This document shows positions 17,263 through 26,967 of a DNA stretch of 40,263 bases, piece after piece. How positions within the stretch are numbered: position 1 is the stretch's first letter; every line of letters begins with the position of its first letter. The notes beneath the pieces were generated by a model, which saw only the letters and a program-made list of their open reading frames with translations, ran no database searches and had not been told where the DNA came from. The position numbers and the translations under genes were made by a program. Source of the DNA: Candidatus Woesearchaeota archaeon (GTDB taxonomy: Archaea; Nanobdellota; Nanobdellia; SCGC-AAA011-G17; JAGVXY01); contig JAGVXY010000014.1 of NCBI GenBank assembly GCA_018303545.1, forward strand, positions 1 through 40,263, read 5' to 3'.

Positions 17263-20069
17263 GATTTAATTTTTTTCCCTATGTAATTTGAAGGTTCAAG
17301 AGATTGCAGGAATAAAGAAGCAATTTCTGAAACTTCGCTTTTATTTATACAACCATATATTTCAACAACGGATGGGCAAAATTGTTTTCCATTGTCGTTA
17401 TAACATTTACGCATATTTTCACAATAAGGATAACCATAAGGCATATTTCCGAAATTTATTGGGAAATTATTTCCCGTTGTATCAACAAAGGTATACTTCA
17501 AATCTCCCGGCAGTTTTACAAGATTATATGCATGATCTGTGCCTTCAACGGTGTAGACTTCATTTTCTCTGAATCCGGCTTTTCTTAATAATGTTGTCAA
17601 AGCAATAGAATAATCTGCGCAAGTGCCCGTATAAATCTTGTCTAATGAAACGTGCGCAGGCAAATCAACGAGGGCATAATTATTCAAATGTTCTCGTTCA
17701 TCTTCATATTTATACCATCCATTGGTACTTTCACGTTCAGGCATACCTAAAAGTTCACTAGTCCATTTGTGATTATAATAACAGTTCATATCTTTTGGTA
17801 AGGTGCGTCTTACATCCGGCAATGGATTTAGTGTATAAAAATCGGCAGGATTATCGCAAAGGGATGCAACCCCATAACAGCACATTTCAGCAGTGAAATA
17901 ATCCTGCATATAAACAGCTGCATCGCCAAGACCCTTTATTAGATATAGAGCTTGGCACATTTTTGTTCGCCCTTTGCTGAATTTTATCGCATAATCACAG
18001 GCAGATATCGCGGCAGAATCTTCACTTGTGAGTACAAGTGGGGTACCATCACAACAATCATAAGCATCTGCAATAATGGGGTCTATTTTTTCATTACATA
18101 CTTCAAACAAATCACAACTTTTCCCTGCTGTATTTATATTAATAGAACCTCCTTCTTGAGAGGGCCAATCATCGTTACATAATGTATCTTTTGGAAAATA
18201 TTTTGTCTGAGTTTTTGTGCATGTTTTTCTTTCTACTGCTTCGATTATTATATTTGTGGTACTTGTGAGACCAGTAGAGTCTTTAACTTTTAAACCAATA
18301 GTATATTTTTGTGGAAAAGGCAATGAGAGATTTAGAATTTTTCCATTTCCAATAAATTTTACTGTTTTGCTCTGCTGGTCTATAAAGTCCCATTCGTAAG
18401 AATTTTTATTGTCTATTAAATTTCCATCAGGATCCCATGATTTTGAGGCATCGAGAATGACATTTTGATCTATTGTTATAACTCTTGGCGCATCAATTAT
18501 TGCAAAAGGGGGATTATTTGTGTCTTTTATTGGTTGAACATTTAAAGTTATGGTCCTTTTAATTGTGCTTGTGCCATCTGAAACGGCTATTTCAAGATCA
18601 ACGCCACCAGAACCCCTTGGTTGGTTACATATTAGTTCTGTATTTATTATATCACAGGCAATTATAGAATTATCTTTATTTTTAGTTATACTAAAGGTCA
18701 ATGCGGAATTTTCATAATCTTTTGCATAATCTGATAAATCTATTGAAGCCCCGATGTTTGCCTCTCCAGATCTAAATGAAGTCATTGTTGAAGGCAAACT
18801 AAATATTGGGGGTCTGTCAACTTTGGAGAGGTCATTTGAAAATTCTATTTGAAAATCTTCCGATATCTTTTTACAGTCTTCAGGGCAATTTTCATTGTTC
18901 TCGGTTTTTTCACAAATATTATCTCCACAATTTATACAATATCCTTGATTTAATCCGGTATTAATCCTCTTTAAACCAGAGCAGCAATCTGAAATTCCTA
19001 CACTTATATCCAATGCTTGGTCTTTTAATGCACATTTTTCTGGACAGTCTTGAACACAATTTTGAGGGGTTTCGTCTTTTGTGCATACACTATCCCCGCA
19101 CCTAAGAGTTGAACCAATTTTACAAGCACCACCTGAACAACCATTAGCACATTCTTTTTTTAATTCTCCTTTGACATATGATCCATCTGCTCTATGCTCA
19201 CAAAACATCTCCGTTAATGTATCTGAGGTACATATATCTACATATGTTTGACCATTTAATATAATACTTCCAGCCTTACCGAAATCAAGTCCATCCAAAT
19301 CGTTACAAGTTGAACAATCTTGCGGGCAAGTGATATGATTTTCTTGGATTTTCCCCGGAATGAGCCCTTTGTCTCCTGCCCCACAAATATTATCCCCGCA
19401 GGTTTGTGTAATTAATAAATTTGGGCTGTTACACTTTCCATTCAAGCAACCAAATGGACAAATATATTTTTCTGTTCCAATCGTGTATGAGCCATCTGCA
19501 CTAATGGAACAGAATTTTTCAAATAAAATATTTGAATCACCACATGCATCAGATTCAGAAATTAAATTTATGGTGACGGCTCCCATTACATTGTAAGCTT
19601 TTCCCTTATCTGTATCCATACATGTTGAGCAATCTTTAGGACATAATTCTCCCAAGGAACAAATACCATCTCCACAACAAGTAGCTAATTTTGTATTTAT
19701 ACAACCATTATTTGTGCATGAATCTGAAGTACAACTGTCGAAATCTTCGCAACTTTTTGAAGATTTTGCAACACATTGCCCATTTTGACAAATTTGCTGT
19801 GAAAATGTCAAACCATTGCAAGTCGGACCGCATTCAGCAGTAATATCATAAGTGCACTGACTATTACAAACAAGTACATAATTATCTTTGCAGATAGATG
19901 AACCAGGGGGGTCACAATCTTCATTTGGATTAATATTCTCATTGCCACAAAGAGTTTCTTTTATAACTTCTTCTGAAACGATGTGCCCTGTAATTTTGAG
20001 TGATAGCCCCATAACAAAGTACAAACACAAGAAAATTACGATTGTAAGTATTATCCCTCTTTTATCCAT
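17259..20069 (-). CDS. Large Cys-rich surface protein with PKD-like and transglutaminase-like domains
   Basis: N-terminal MDKRG plus hydrophobic helix; CGD..C..E..CP.DC repeats; LDASKSWDPDG (PKD-like); GTCADYS...HAYN...FVDTT (Cys-His-Asp). Confidence 0.82.
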   Translation of the reverse strand: MDKRGIILTIVIFLCLYFVMGLSLKITGHIVSEEVIKETLCGNENINPNEDCDPPGSSICKDNYVLVCNSQCTYDITAECGPTCNGLTFSQQICQNGQCVAKSSKSCEDFDSCTSDSCTNNGCINTKLATCCGDGICSLGELCPKDCSTCMDTDKGKAYNVMGAVTINLISESDACGDSNILFEKFCSISADGSYTIGTEKYICPFGCLNGKCNSPNLLITQTCGDNICGAGDKGLIPGKIQENHITCPQDCSTCNDLDGLDFGKAGSIILNGQTYVDICTSDTLTEMFCEHRADGSYVKGELKKECANGCSGGACKIGSTLRCGDSVCTKDETPQNCVQDCPEKCALKDQALDISVGISDCCSGLKRINTGLNQGYCINCGDNICEKTENNENCPEDCKKISEDFQIEFSNDLSKVDRPPIFSLPSTMTSFRSGEANIGASIDLSDYAKDYENSALTFSITKNKDNSIIACDIINTELICNQPRGSGGVDLEIAVSDGTSTIKRTITLNVQPIKDTNNPPFAIIDAPRVITIDQNVILDASKSWDPDGNLIDNKNSYEWDFIDQQSKTVKFIGNGKILNLSLPFPQKYTIGLKVKDSTGLTSTTNIIIEAVERKTCTKTQTKYFPKDTLCNDDWPSQEGGSININTAGKSCDLFEVCNEKIDPIIADAYDCCDGTPLVLTSEDSAAISACDYAIKFSKGRTKMCQALYLIKGLGDAAVYMQDYFTAEMCCYGVASLCDNPADFYTLNPLPDVRRTLPKDMNCYYNHKWTSELLGMPERESTNGWYKYEDEREHLNNYALVDLPAHVSLDKIYTGTCADYSIALTTLLRKAGFRENEVYTVEGTDHAYNLVKLPGDLKYTFVDTTGNNFPINFGNMPYGYPYCENMRKCYNDNGKQFCPSVVEIYGCINKSEVSEIASLFLQSLEPSNYIGKKIKS

Positions 20070-20154
20070 CAAATGACAAATATACCTTCGAACATATAAA
20101 TATTTTTCTTTTAAATAGAAACCTTTATTAAAATAGCATTGATTTTGCTATTAT

Positions 20155-21144
20155 ATGAACAATTTACCCTCAAATGCCAAAAGAAAAGTAATTATACGAA
20201 CTGAGGCGGAATCTGATAAGAGGTATGGTTGCAAGCCCGATGAGAGGCCGACTGAAATGCTATTCCATTATGGTATTGTAAATATTAATAAGCCACAGGG
20301 TCCAAGCTCGCACCAAATTTCAGATTATGTCAAAAAAATTTTAAATGTTGAAAAGGCAGGACACTCGGGCACCCTTGACCCAAATGTAACAGGAGTTCTG
20401 CCAATTGCGCTTGGAAGATCAACAAAAATAGTTATGGCTTTACTGAAAGCAGGAAAAGAATATGTGGGAATAATGAACTTGCACCGGGAAATTGATAGAG
20501 ATAAAATAATCCGTGCTGTTGAGAAATTCAAAGGTCAAATTGAACAGATCCCCCCCGTTAAATCTGCAGTGAGAAGAGAAAAAAGAAAAAGAACAATTTA
20601 TTATTTTGAATTGATTGAGACTGATGGGAGAGAGGTTCTTTTCAGAGTAGGCTGCGAGGCTGGAACTTATATGAGAAAACTGATACATGATTTGGGACAG
20701 GAGCTTAAATGCGGCGCGCATATGGCTCAGCTTATTAGGACCAGAGCAGGCCCATTTGATATTTTTTCCTCAATTAATTTGCATGAGCTTACTGATGCTT
20801 ATTTTTTGTATAAAGAAAAAGGAGATGATTCTCTGCTTCGAAAAAGCATATATCCCATAGAATCCGCCGTTGAGCATTTGCCAAAAATCTGGATTGATGA
20901 TTCTGCTGTAGATTCGATATGCCATGGTGCGATGCTGAATATACCGGGAGTTGTTAAGATTGAATCTGAGATTGAGAAAGAAGATTTAATTGCAATAATG
21001 ACTTTAAAAAATGAACTTGTTAGTCTGGGAATTGCAATGATGACTTCTGAAGAAATTATGAAAGCAGACAAAGGGCTAGCGGTCAAAACATATAAAGTTT
21101 TGATGCCTCGTAAAACCTATCCTAAGTTTAATGCCTCAGCCTAG
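20155..21144 (+). CDS. cbf5: H/ACA RNA-guided pseudouridine synthase Cbf5 (TruB family with PUA domain)
   Basis: INKPQGPSSHQ, GHSGTLDP, QIPPVKSAV, CEAGTYMRKL, PUA-like DSAVDSICHGA. Confidence 0.97.
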   Translation: MNNLPSNAKRKVIIRTEAESDKRYGCKPDERPTEMLFHYGIVNINKPQGPSSHQISDYVKKILNVEKAGHSGTLDPNVTGVLPIALGRSTKIVMALLKAGKEYVGIMNLHREIDRDKIIRAVEKFKGQIEQIPPVKSAVRREKRKRTIYYFELIETDGREVLFRVGCEAGTYMRKLIHDLGQELKCGAHMAQLIRTRAGPFDIFSSINLHELTDAYFLYKEKGDDSLLRKSIYPIESAVEHLPKIWIDDSAVDSICHGAMLNIPGVVKIESEIEKEDLIAIMTLKNELVSLGIAMMTSEEIMKADKGLAVKTYKVLMPRKTYPKFNASA

Positions 21145-21400
21145 ATTGAATCTGTTTTATTTCTTCTTTTAGAGTTTCCGTCTTTTCTTTGTTGTAAGAA
21201 ATATTATCTGGATTGATGATTATATAATCTCCTTCTTTTATCCCCGGATAATATTTAAATTCATTTAGGTTTAATATTTCTAAATTATTATTTACTTCAA
21301 CAAATGCGCTATTTGATATTAAATATTCAATATGCCCTTCAATGTTATTTGTGCAACTGCAAAGAGAAGCCAATAAACCCAGATAAATCCATTTTTTCAT
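21128..21400 (-). CDS. Small putative lipoprotein, DUF3006-like
   Basis: MKK-hydrophobic-LCSC lipobox-like start; IKEGD followed by an amphipathic helix KEKTETLKEEIKQIQSRL. Confidence 0.5.
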   Translation of the reverse strand: MKKWIYLGLLASLCSCTNNIEGHIEYLISNSAFVEVNNNLEILNLNEFKYYPGIKEGDYIIINPDNISYNKEKTETLKEEIKQIQSRLRH

Positions 21401-21473
21401 GACTTTTATTGAAATGTATGGTTTTATATTCGTTTCCTAAGAATTTTCGAAATATTTCCGGAGGTTATAGTTT

Positions 21474-23048
21474 CTAAATTTTGAAAAATGAAAATATTTT
21501 TGTTAAGAAGTTGCGTAATGTACTAAATATATTTGTATTGGATTTAGGCTCTGCGGTGATTATGAAATAACTAAAATTATCTATTTCTGCTGTAATTACC
21601 TTATTATTACCTTTATTCGCAATTGTTACCGAAACTTCTGATTCAGAACCATCGTCTTCAATTTTAATCAATTTAATACTATTTAATGCACTAAATTTAT
21701 TTGAATCTATTGAGAATTTAATAGTTGCCTGTTGTGCAGTATCTTTAATATCTGTTTGTATTCTATAAAAATTAATTATTTTACCCTTATTATCTTTAAC
21801 GTCATTGAATAGTTTTTCAATTGATTCTCTTGCTTCTTGAGTTATAATCATTTTTTCTTTTGAGGGGGTTAATTCTTTACTTAAACTATTTGCTTGGGCG
21901 ATATTTAATTTTTTGATTATCCCATTTTCATCAATATAATAACCCTGAATAATTAAAGAGTTTATATTGTTCATTGATTTGAACTGAAGATTTAATTTAT
22001 TTTGTGCTAAATCTGAAGCTACTGCATTTCCTGAAAGGTCAGATGATGGCGATGATTGATCGCCTTCAATATAGTCTATATCTATTGTGTTACCCTCTTC
22101 AGAAGGATAATTACTTAAATCTAGCTTGTCAAGGTCAGAAGGTCTCGAAATATCTAAAACATCAAAATTAAAATCATAAGAATCAGGATTATTTGAAATA
22201 TCTAATTTATCAAGATCAGATGGCCTCGAAATATCTAATGGATCGAGATTAAAATCAGGATCATCAGAAACTCTAGGCATTGTAATTGTTAGATCATAAG
22301 TTGTTGTTGTGGTAGTTGAACCAGAACCTTGTGACATGCCCAATATAGTGAATGGCAATGGCTCGTTTTTAGTATCCGTCTTTTTAACTTGAACAATCCA
22401 TAAATCACCATTTACTTCTTTAGTATCAGTAAAAACATTTCCTTTAATATAAGCAAGACAATTACCAGAATTAGAAGTAGAATAACCAATAACTTCCTTT
22501 CTGTCTTCATGTAGGGTATTACCCCCAAATCCAGTGGTTATTGTTGTAGAACTCCATTTTAATGTTTGAATAGCATTAGAATAATCACTTACAGGATTAC
22601 CTGAATCATCAGAAGGAAGACAACCTATAAGTGATAAAGTAAAATTGCCAGTATCAGAATCAATTGAAAAATAACTTTCTGATAATCCCGGAATATATTC
22701 TAAATTAACAGTGCCAGAACCATCATTTGTAGCTACTTGATTTGATGTAATACCTGAACCTGAGGTAGTGTACTCTTTTTTATATTTGTAAGACCAATCT
22801 GAATCTCCATCAATGAAATTATAAAAAAAATCATTTGTTACTTCAGGATTCCTAGATAAGGCTCCAGAAGCTATAATCTTTGTGTCATATGTTTCTTTGA
22901 GATTTGCAGATCCATCTTGCGATGAAGCAGATCCTTGTTCTGTTTTTATAACTTGATGATTCAATTCAATTGAAATTTTAGAACCGGCATAAACCACATT
23001 AAGTAATAATAAGGAAATAAAGACAATAAGTAATACGCTCTTTTTCAT
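21474..23048 (-). CDS. Secreted Ser/Thr/Asp-rich protein with C-terminal PGF-pre-PGF-like domain
   Basis: Signal peptide; acidic linker with tandem repeat; ITAEIDNFSYFII; amphipathic end. Confidence 0.65.
   Translation of the reverse strand: MKKSVLLIVFISLLLLNVVYAGSKISIELNHQVIKTEQGSASSQDGSANLKETYDTKIIASGALSRNPEVTNDFFYNFIDGDSDWSYKYKKEYTTSGSGITSNQVATNDGSGTVNLEYIPGLSESYFSIDSDTGNFTLSLIGCLPSDDSGNPVSDYSNAIQTLKWSSTTITTGFGGNTLHEDRKEVIGYSTSNSGNCLAYIKGNVFTDTKEVNGDLWIVQVKKTDTKNEPLPFTILGMSQGSGSTTTTTTYDLTITMPRVSDDPDFNLDPLDISRPSDLDKLDISNNPDSYDFNFDVLDISRPSDLDKLDLSNYPSEEGNTIDIDYIEGDQSSPSSDLSGNAVASDLAQNKLNLQFKSMNNINSLIIQGYYIDENGIIKKLNIAQANSLSKELTPSKEKMIITQEARESIEKLFNDVKDNKGKIINFYRIQTDIKDTAQQATIKFSIDSNKFSALNSIKLIKIEDDGSESEVSVTIANKGNNKVITAEIDNFSYFIITAEPKSNTNIFSTLRNFLTKIFSFFKI
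22105..22260 (-). repeat. Two copies of an ~81-bp (27-aa) coding repeat
   Basis: DFNLDPLDISRPSDLDKLDISN and DFNFDVLDISRPSDLDKLDLSN. Confidence 0.85.
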
Positions 23049-23096
23049 TATTTTATATTTAGGAGAAATTCATATATAAATCTTTTTATGGACTAG

Positions 23097-25118
23097 TTAA
23101 GTTTTCAGATTGTAGAACACCAAAAACCCCTCTTTTGAAGAGTTAACTTTGATGAATTTTTCTAATATGGTTTTAACTTGATTTGAATCGTATTTTTTTT
23201 CTATTTTGCGATCAAATTTGATATCTCCATATTCAACTTTCTCATAAGAAGCACAGTCCTTTAACTTTGAAAATATCTTTAACGAATTTGAAATTTGAAA
23301 TGAATCTCCCTCTTTTATCAGAAGATTTTTTGTTTCGAATACATTTATTATATCGTAAATCTCGCCGAATTGCAATCCAGATTTGGAAAATAATTCTGAT
23401 GCTTTGAATTTACCGAGTGTTATTGCAATACCTAAGACTTTTGATTCCTGGCTTGAAATATTTGGAAAAGAATGTATAAATTCTACAGAATCTAAGGTTT
23501 CTATATTCCTTATAATCTTTCCTGAGGCTAAATCAATAAGAATATTAAATTCCTCATTGTTATAGCAGTTAACTAATGCACAAGGAATCAATAATATTTC
23601 CAAATTTTCTGGGTTGTCAACCATTAGTTCAATGTCCCTTTTTGTGTAGCGCTGATTTATTAATGGTAAAAGCTCTTTTGATTCCCTAATTTCATTAACG
23701 AAATCATTTTGTTTCATCGGTTCTTGAATTTCAACCTCATCATCAAATATCTTCACCGCTTCACCACCATGTTTGGTTATTCGTGGCCGAACATTTACAA
23801 AAATTGGAATGTCTATAACCCCAGTAATCATGGCATTGCCTATGGGGATATTAGGGATTTCATTTTCTGTCATTGCATTCATTCCTTCGGCTGAAGTGGC
23901 AATAGCTTTTATATCCCCTGGATTTGAAACTTTTAAAATTATCTGGGTATTACACTGCGATAAAACTGATTTTTCAATTCTCGAAGGTCTTTGGGTTATT
24001 ACACAAAGCCCTAAACCAAATTTACGGCCTTCTGCAGCGATAGTCCTTAATATTCCGGAGCTTTTTGCCTCTCCAAAATTTCTTTCTGGGCAGAAATTAT
24101 GCGCTTCTTCTATTAACAAGAAAAATGGAGGAATATTAGATCTTTTCCTCTCATTAAATAAATCTGAAACTAATTTATGAACAATGACTTCCTGAACTTC
24201 AGGGTCTACTCCCCGAAGATTAATTATTGAAGCCTTGCCGGGCTGAATGAGCTCGATATATGAGGTATATGCTTCTGAAAATAAGTTTAATTTTTTCATA
24301 TATTCAATTACATTCATTAACGTCCATTTTGCTGAATTGTCTTCATATTCCAAGGCTAATAGGAGTTCATCAAAATTTGTTTTGTTTGTGCCCATATTTT
24401 TTAATGCAGAGTATAACAAATTCTGCTGAGGCAATGATAATTTTATGGGCAAAAGTTTCATAATTTCTGTTGAAGTTAAACCCGAAGCATTTAATTTTAA
24501 TGGCATAGCCCCAGTATTTGTTTCCAAATCAGGAGAATATTCACAGATATGATTGAGAAACCCTTTTGGGCTAAGATTTAATGCTGAAAGTTTTTCTATA
24601 TCTTCGGGGTTTGGATATTTTAATGAGGAATATTCCCCATGGGGATCAATGATTAGAATAGGGATATTCTTGTTTAAAATTTCCTCTACTAAAACTCCCG
24701 AGACATATGATTTTCCAGCGCCAGTTTTTGCTAAAACTGCTACATGCTTTGTCAGCATTTTATTAAAATCAAGATAAATAGAAATATTATCTCTCCCATC
24801 AAGCTTACCAATAAAAGCCCCTGAATCTTTTGTAATACCTAATACATCTTGCAGAAATGAATCTTCCGCTTTCAAGACCTCTGTTTCTGGATTGAATGGA
24901 GTTTTTATTCCCACTATATGTTTATCTTCTTTGTAACCTATAATATGGCAATATGCGAGAGTATTGCTTACATCTTTTGTAATCTCTGCTATTTGAGCAA
25001 GTACAAAATAATTGCCTGGATGCATGACCTGGACATACTGATGCTTTTTTGCATCACCTGTAACTGAAAAAGTAAATTCAGTTGTGCTAAGCTTTCCGAT
25101 TATTTTACCTAAAATCAT
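23097..25118 (-). CDS. herA: HerA/FtsK-family (DUF87) ATPase with HAS barrel and C-terminal extension
   Basis: AKTGAGKS, IIDPHGEY, EEAHNF, EGRKFG, TQRPS. Confidence 0.88.
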   Translation of the reverse strand: MILGKIIGKLSTTEFTFSVTGDAKKHQYVQVMHPGNYFVLAQIAEITKDVSNTLAYCHIIGYKEDKHIVGIKTPFNPETEVLKAEDSFLQDVLGITKDSGAFIGKLDGRDNISIYLDFNKMLTKHVAVLAKTGAGKSYVSGVLVEEILNKNIPILIIDPHGEYSSLKYPNPEDIEKLSALNLSPKGFLNHICEYSPDLETNTGAMPLKLNASGLTSTEIMKLLPIKLSLPQQNLLYSALKNMGTNKTNFDELLLALEYEDNSAKWTLMNVIEYMKKLNLFSEAYTSYIELIQPGKASIINLRGVDPEVQEVIVHKLVSDLFNERKRSNIPPFFLLIEEAHNFCPERNFGEAKSSGILRTIAAEGRKFGLGLCVITQRPSRIEKSVLSQCNTQIILKVSNPGDIKAIATSAEGMNAMTENEIPNIPIGNAMITGVIDIPIFVNVRPRITKHGGEAVKIFDDEVEIQEPMKQNDFVNEIRESKELLPLINQRYTKRDIELMVDNPENLEILLIPCALVNCYNNEEFNILIDLASGKIIRNIETLDSVEFIHSFPNISSQESKVLGIAITLGKFKASELFSKSGLQFGEIYDIINVFETKNLLIKEGDSFQISNSLKIFSKLKDCASYEKVEYGDIKFDRKIEKKYDSNQVKTILEKFIKVNSSKEGFLVFYNLKT

Positions 25119-25156
25119 CCTTTTAGTGCAAGAAAAAGAGTTTATTAATATTGTTG

Positions 25157-25888
25157 TTATTCAAGATATGATAGCACATACATTAAGAATATACCCATTA
25201 CAAATATAAAAAAATTGATTAACATTTTCCAATCAGTGGCTTTATTTCTTAGTTCGGGAATTAAGTCTGAGGCCGAAATATAAATAAATCCGCCGGCAGT
25301 TATAGCCAAGAGGATGGGCGTAAATGATTCTATAAGATTGTTCATGAAGTAGCCTACAACCCCGCCCAATATCGCAGTTGCAGCAACAATAAAATTCATA
25401 AATAATGCTCTGGCCTTTGAGAAACCGCCATGAATAAGCACCCCAAAGTCTCCTAATTCTTGGGGAATTTCATGAGAGGCTATAGCGATTGTGGTGATCC
25501 AACCTAATCTAAAATCGATTACAAATGCAGCAGCTAATGCCAAGCCATCAATAAAATTATGTATTGAATCTCCTATTAAGGTCATTGAAGCAAATTCATG
25601 CACGGCACAATGCCCCTTATGACAATGCCTCCAATGCAATACTTTTTCTATGAAAAAGAAGATTATAAATCCTAAGATTACATACCCAAAGGCGATATTG
25701 CCTATTTCAAGTGATTCTGGGATTAAGTGGATAAATGCACCGCCAAGTAGGGTACCTGCTGAAAGTGCAACTAAAAAGTAGATTACCCGTTCTGTAAGAT
25801 TTCGTTTTAGAACTAATGTAATAATGCCTACGAAAGAAGTTAAACTTATTATTATCGTTGAAAGTATTATAAGCCAAATTGTATCCAT
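25157..25888 (-). CDS. ZIP-family divalent metal (Zn) transporter
   Basis: HLIPE, His-rich loop HWRHCHKGHC, HNFIDG, HEIPQELGDF. Confidence 0.95.
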   Translation of the reverse strand: MDTIWLIILSTIIISLTSFVGIITLVLKRNLTERVIYFLVALSAGTLLGGAFIHLIPESLEIGNIAFGYVILGFIIFFFIEKVLHWRHCHKGHCAVHEFASMTLIGDSIHNFIDGLALAAAFVIDFRLGWITTIAIASHEIPQELGDFGVLIHGGFSKARALFMNFIVAATAILGGVVGYFMNNLIESFTPILLAITAGGFIYISASDLIPELRNKATDWKMLINFFIFVMGIFLMYVLSYLE

Positions 25889-25977
25889 TGTACCTATATT
25901 CTTAATTCAGATTTATTAACTTTGTGTTACCTTAAAAAGGTAAATTTATTAAGGGAGAACTATGAATTTATTCTATA

Positions 25978-26967
25978 ATGACCAAAAAACTAGTAAAAAT
26001 AACAAGAGAAACAGGAATCCCCCTAGTTGGGGCTATTATGTTTGGAGTAATTGATAGAGGGACCAATTTGCTGCAGATAAGGGCGACAACAATTTGTCCA
26101 TTAAATTGTATCTATTGTTCTGTTGATGCAGGCCTTAAATCCAAAACGAGGAGGACTGATTATCAAGTGGATATTGAATACCTGATACAATGGGTGAAAG
26201 AGGTGATAAAACAGAAAGATTGCACTGAAATAGAAGCAAATATTGATTCTGTAGGTGAACCCTTAGCACATCCAGATGTAACTAAACTCGTTGCGGAATT
26301 GAAAAAAATAAACGAAATAAAAAGAATATCTATACAAACAAATGGTGTTTTGCTTACGAAGAGGTTAGTTGATGAATTGGAGAAATACGGACTTGATCAA
26401 ATAAACTTATCATTTAATACGTTCGATAATGAACAAGGAAAATTTCTTTCTGGGTGCCAAGATTATAATTTAGATAAAATCATTGAAATGGCTCATTATA
26501 TCGCTAAATCAAAAATTACTCTTTTAATTGCTCCCGTCTGGATTGGAAAACTGAATCAGGAAGAGATGCCAAAAATGATTAAATTTGCAAAAGAAATTGG
26601 CGCAAAATTAGGAATACAAAAATATGAAAAGTATAAATTGGGCCGGGGTCCCAAAGAAGTGAAACAAGAGTCATGGTGGAAATTCTTTAATGCACTTAAG
26701 AAATGGGAAAATGAATTTGATGCCAAGCTAAAACTCTCTGCAAATGATTTTGCAATTAGAAAAACTAAATCTCTGCCTTTAGTTATTGATAAAAATGATA
26801 AAATAAATGCAACAATTGTCTGTGACGGCTGGATGAATGGCCAAATGATTGCATCTGCAAGAAATAGATGTATAACTGTTGAAAAATGCGATAAAAATAT
26901 TGGGGACAAAGTAAATGTTAAAATACTTGAAAATAAAAATAATATTTACCTTGGCGAGATGATATGA
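25978..26967 (+). CDS. Archaeal radical SAM protein with C-terminal TRAM-like domain
   Basis: IDRGTNLLQIR, CPLNCIYC, GEP, QTNG; beta-rich C-terminus IGDKVNVKIL. Confidence 0.9.
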   Translation: MTKKLVKITRETGIPLVGAIMFGVIDRGTNLLQIRATTICPLNCIYCSVDAGLKSKTRRTDYQVDIEYLIQWVKEVIKQKDCTEIEANIDSVGEPLAHPDVTKLVAELKKINEIKRISIQTNGVLLTKRLVDELEKYGLDQINLSFNTFDNEQGKFLSGCQDYNLDKIIEMAHYIAKSKITLLIAPVWIGKLNQEEMPKMIKFAKEIGAKLGIQKYEKYKLGRGPKEVKQESWWKFFNALKKWENEFDAKLKLSANDFAIRKTKSLPLVIDKNDKINATIVCDGWMNGQMIASARNRCITVEKCDKNIGDKVNVKILENKNNIYLGEMI

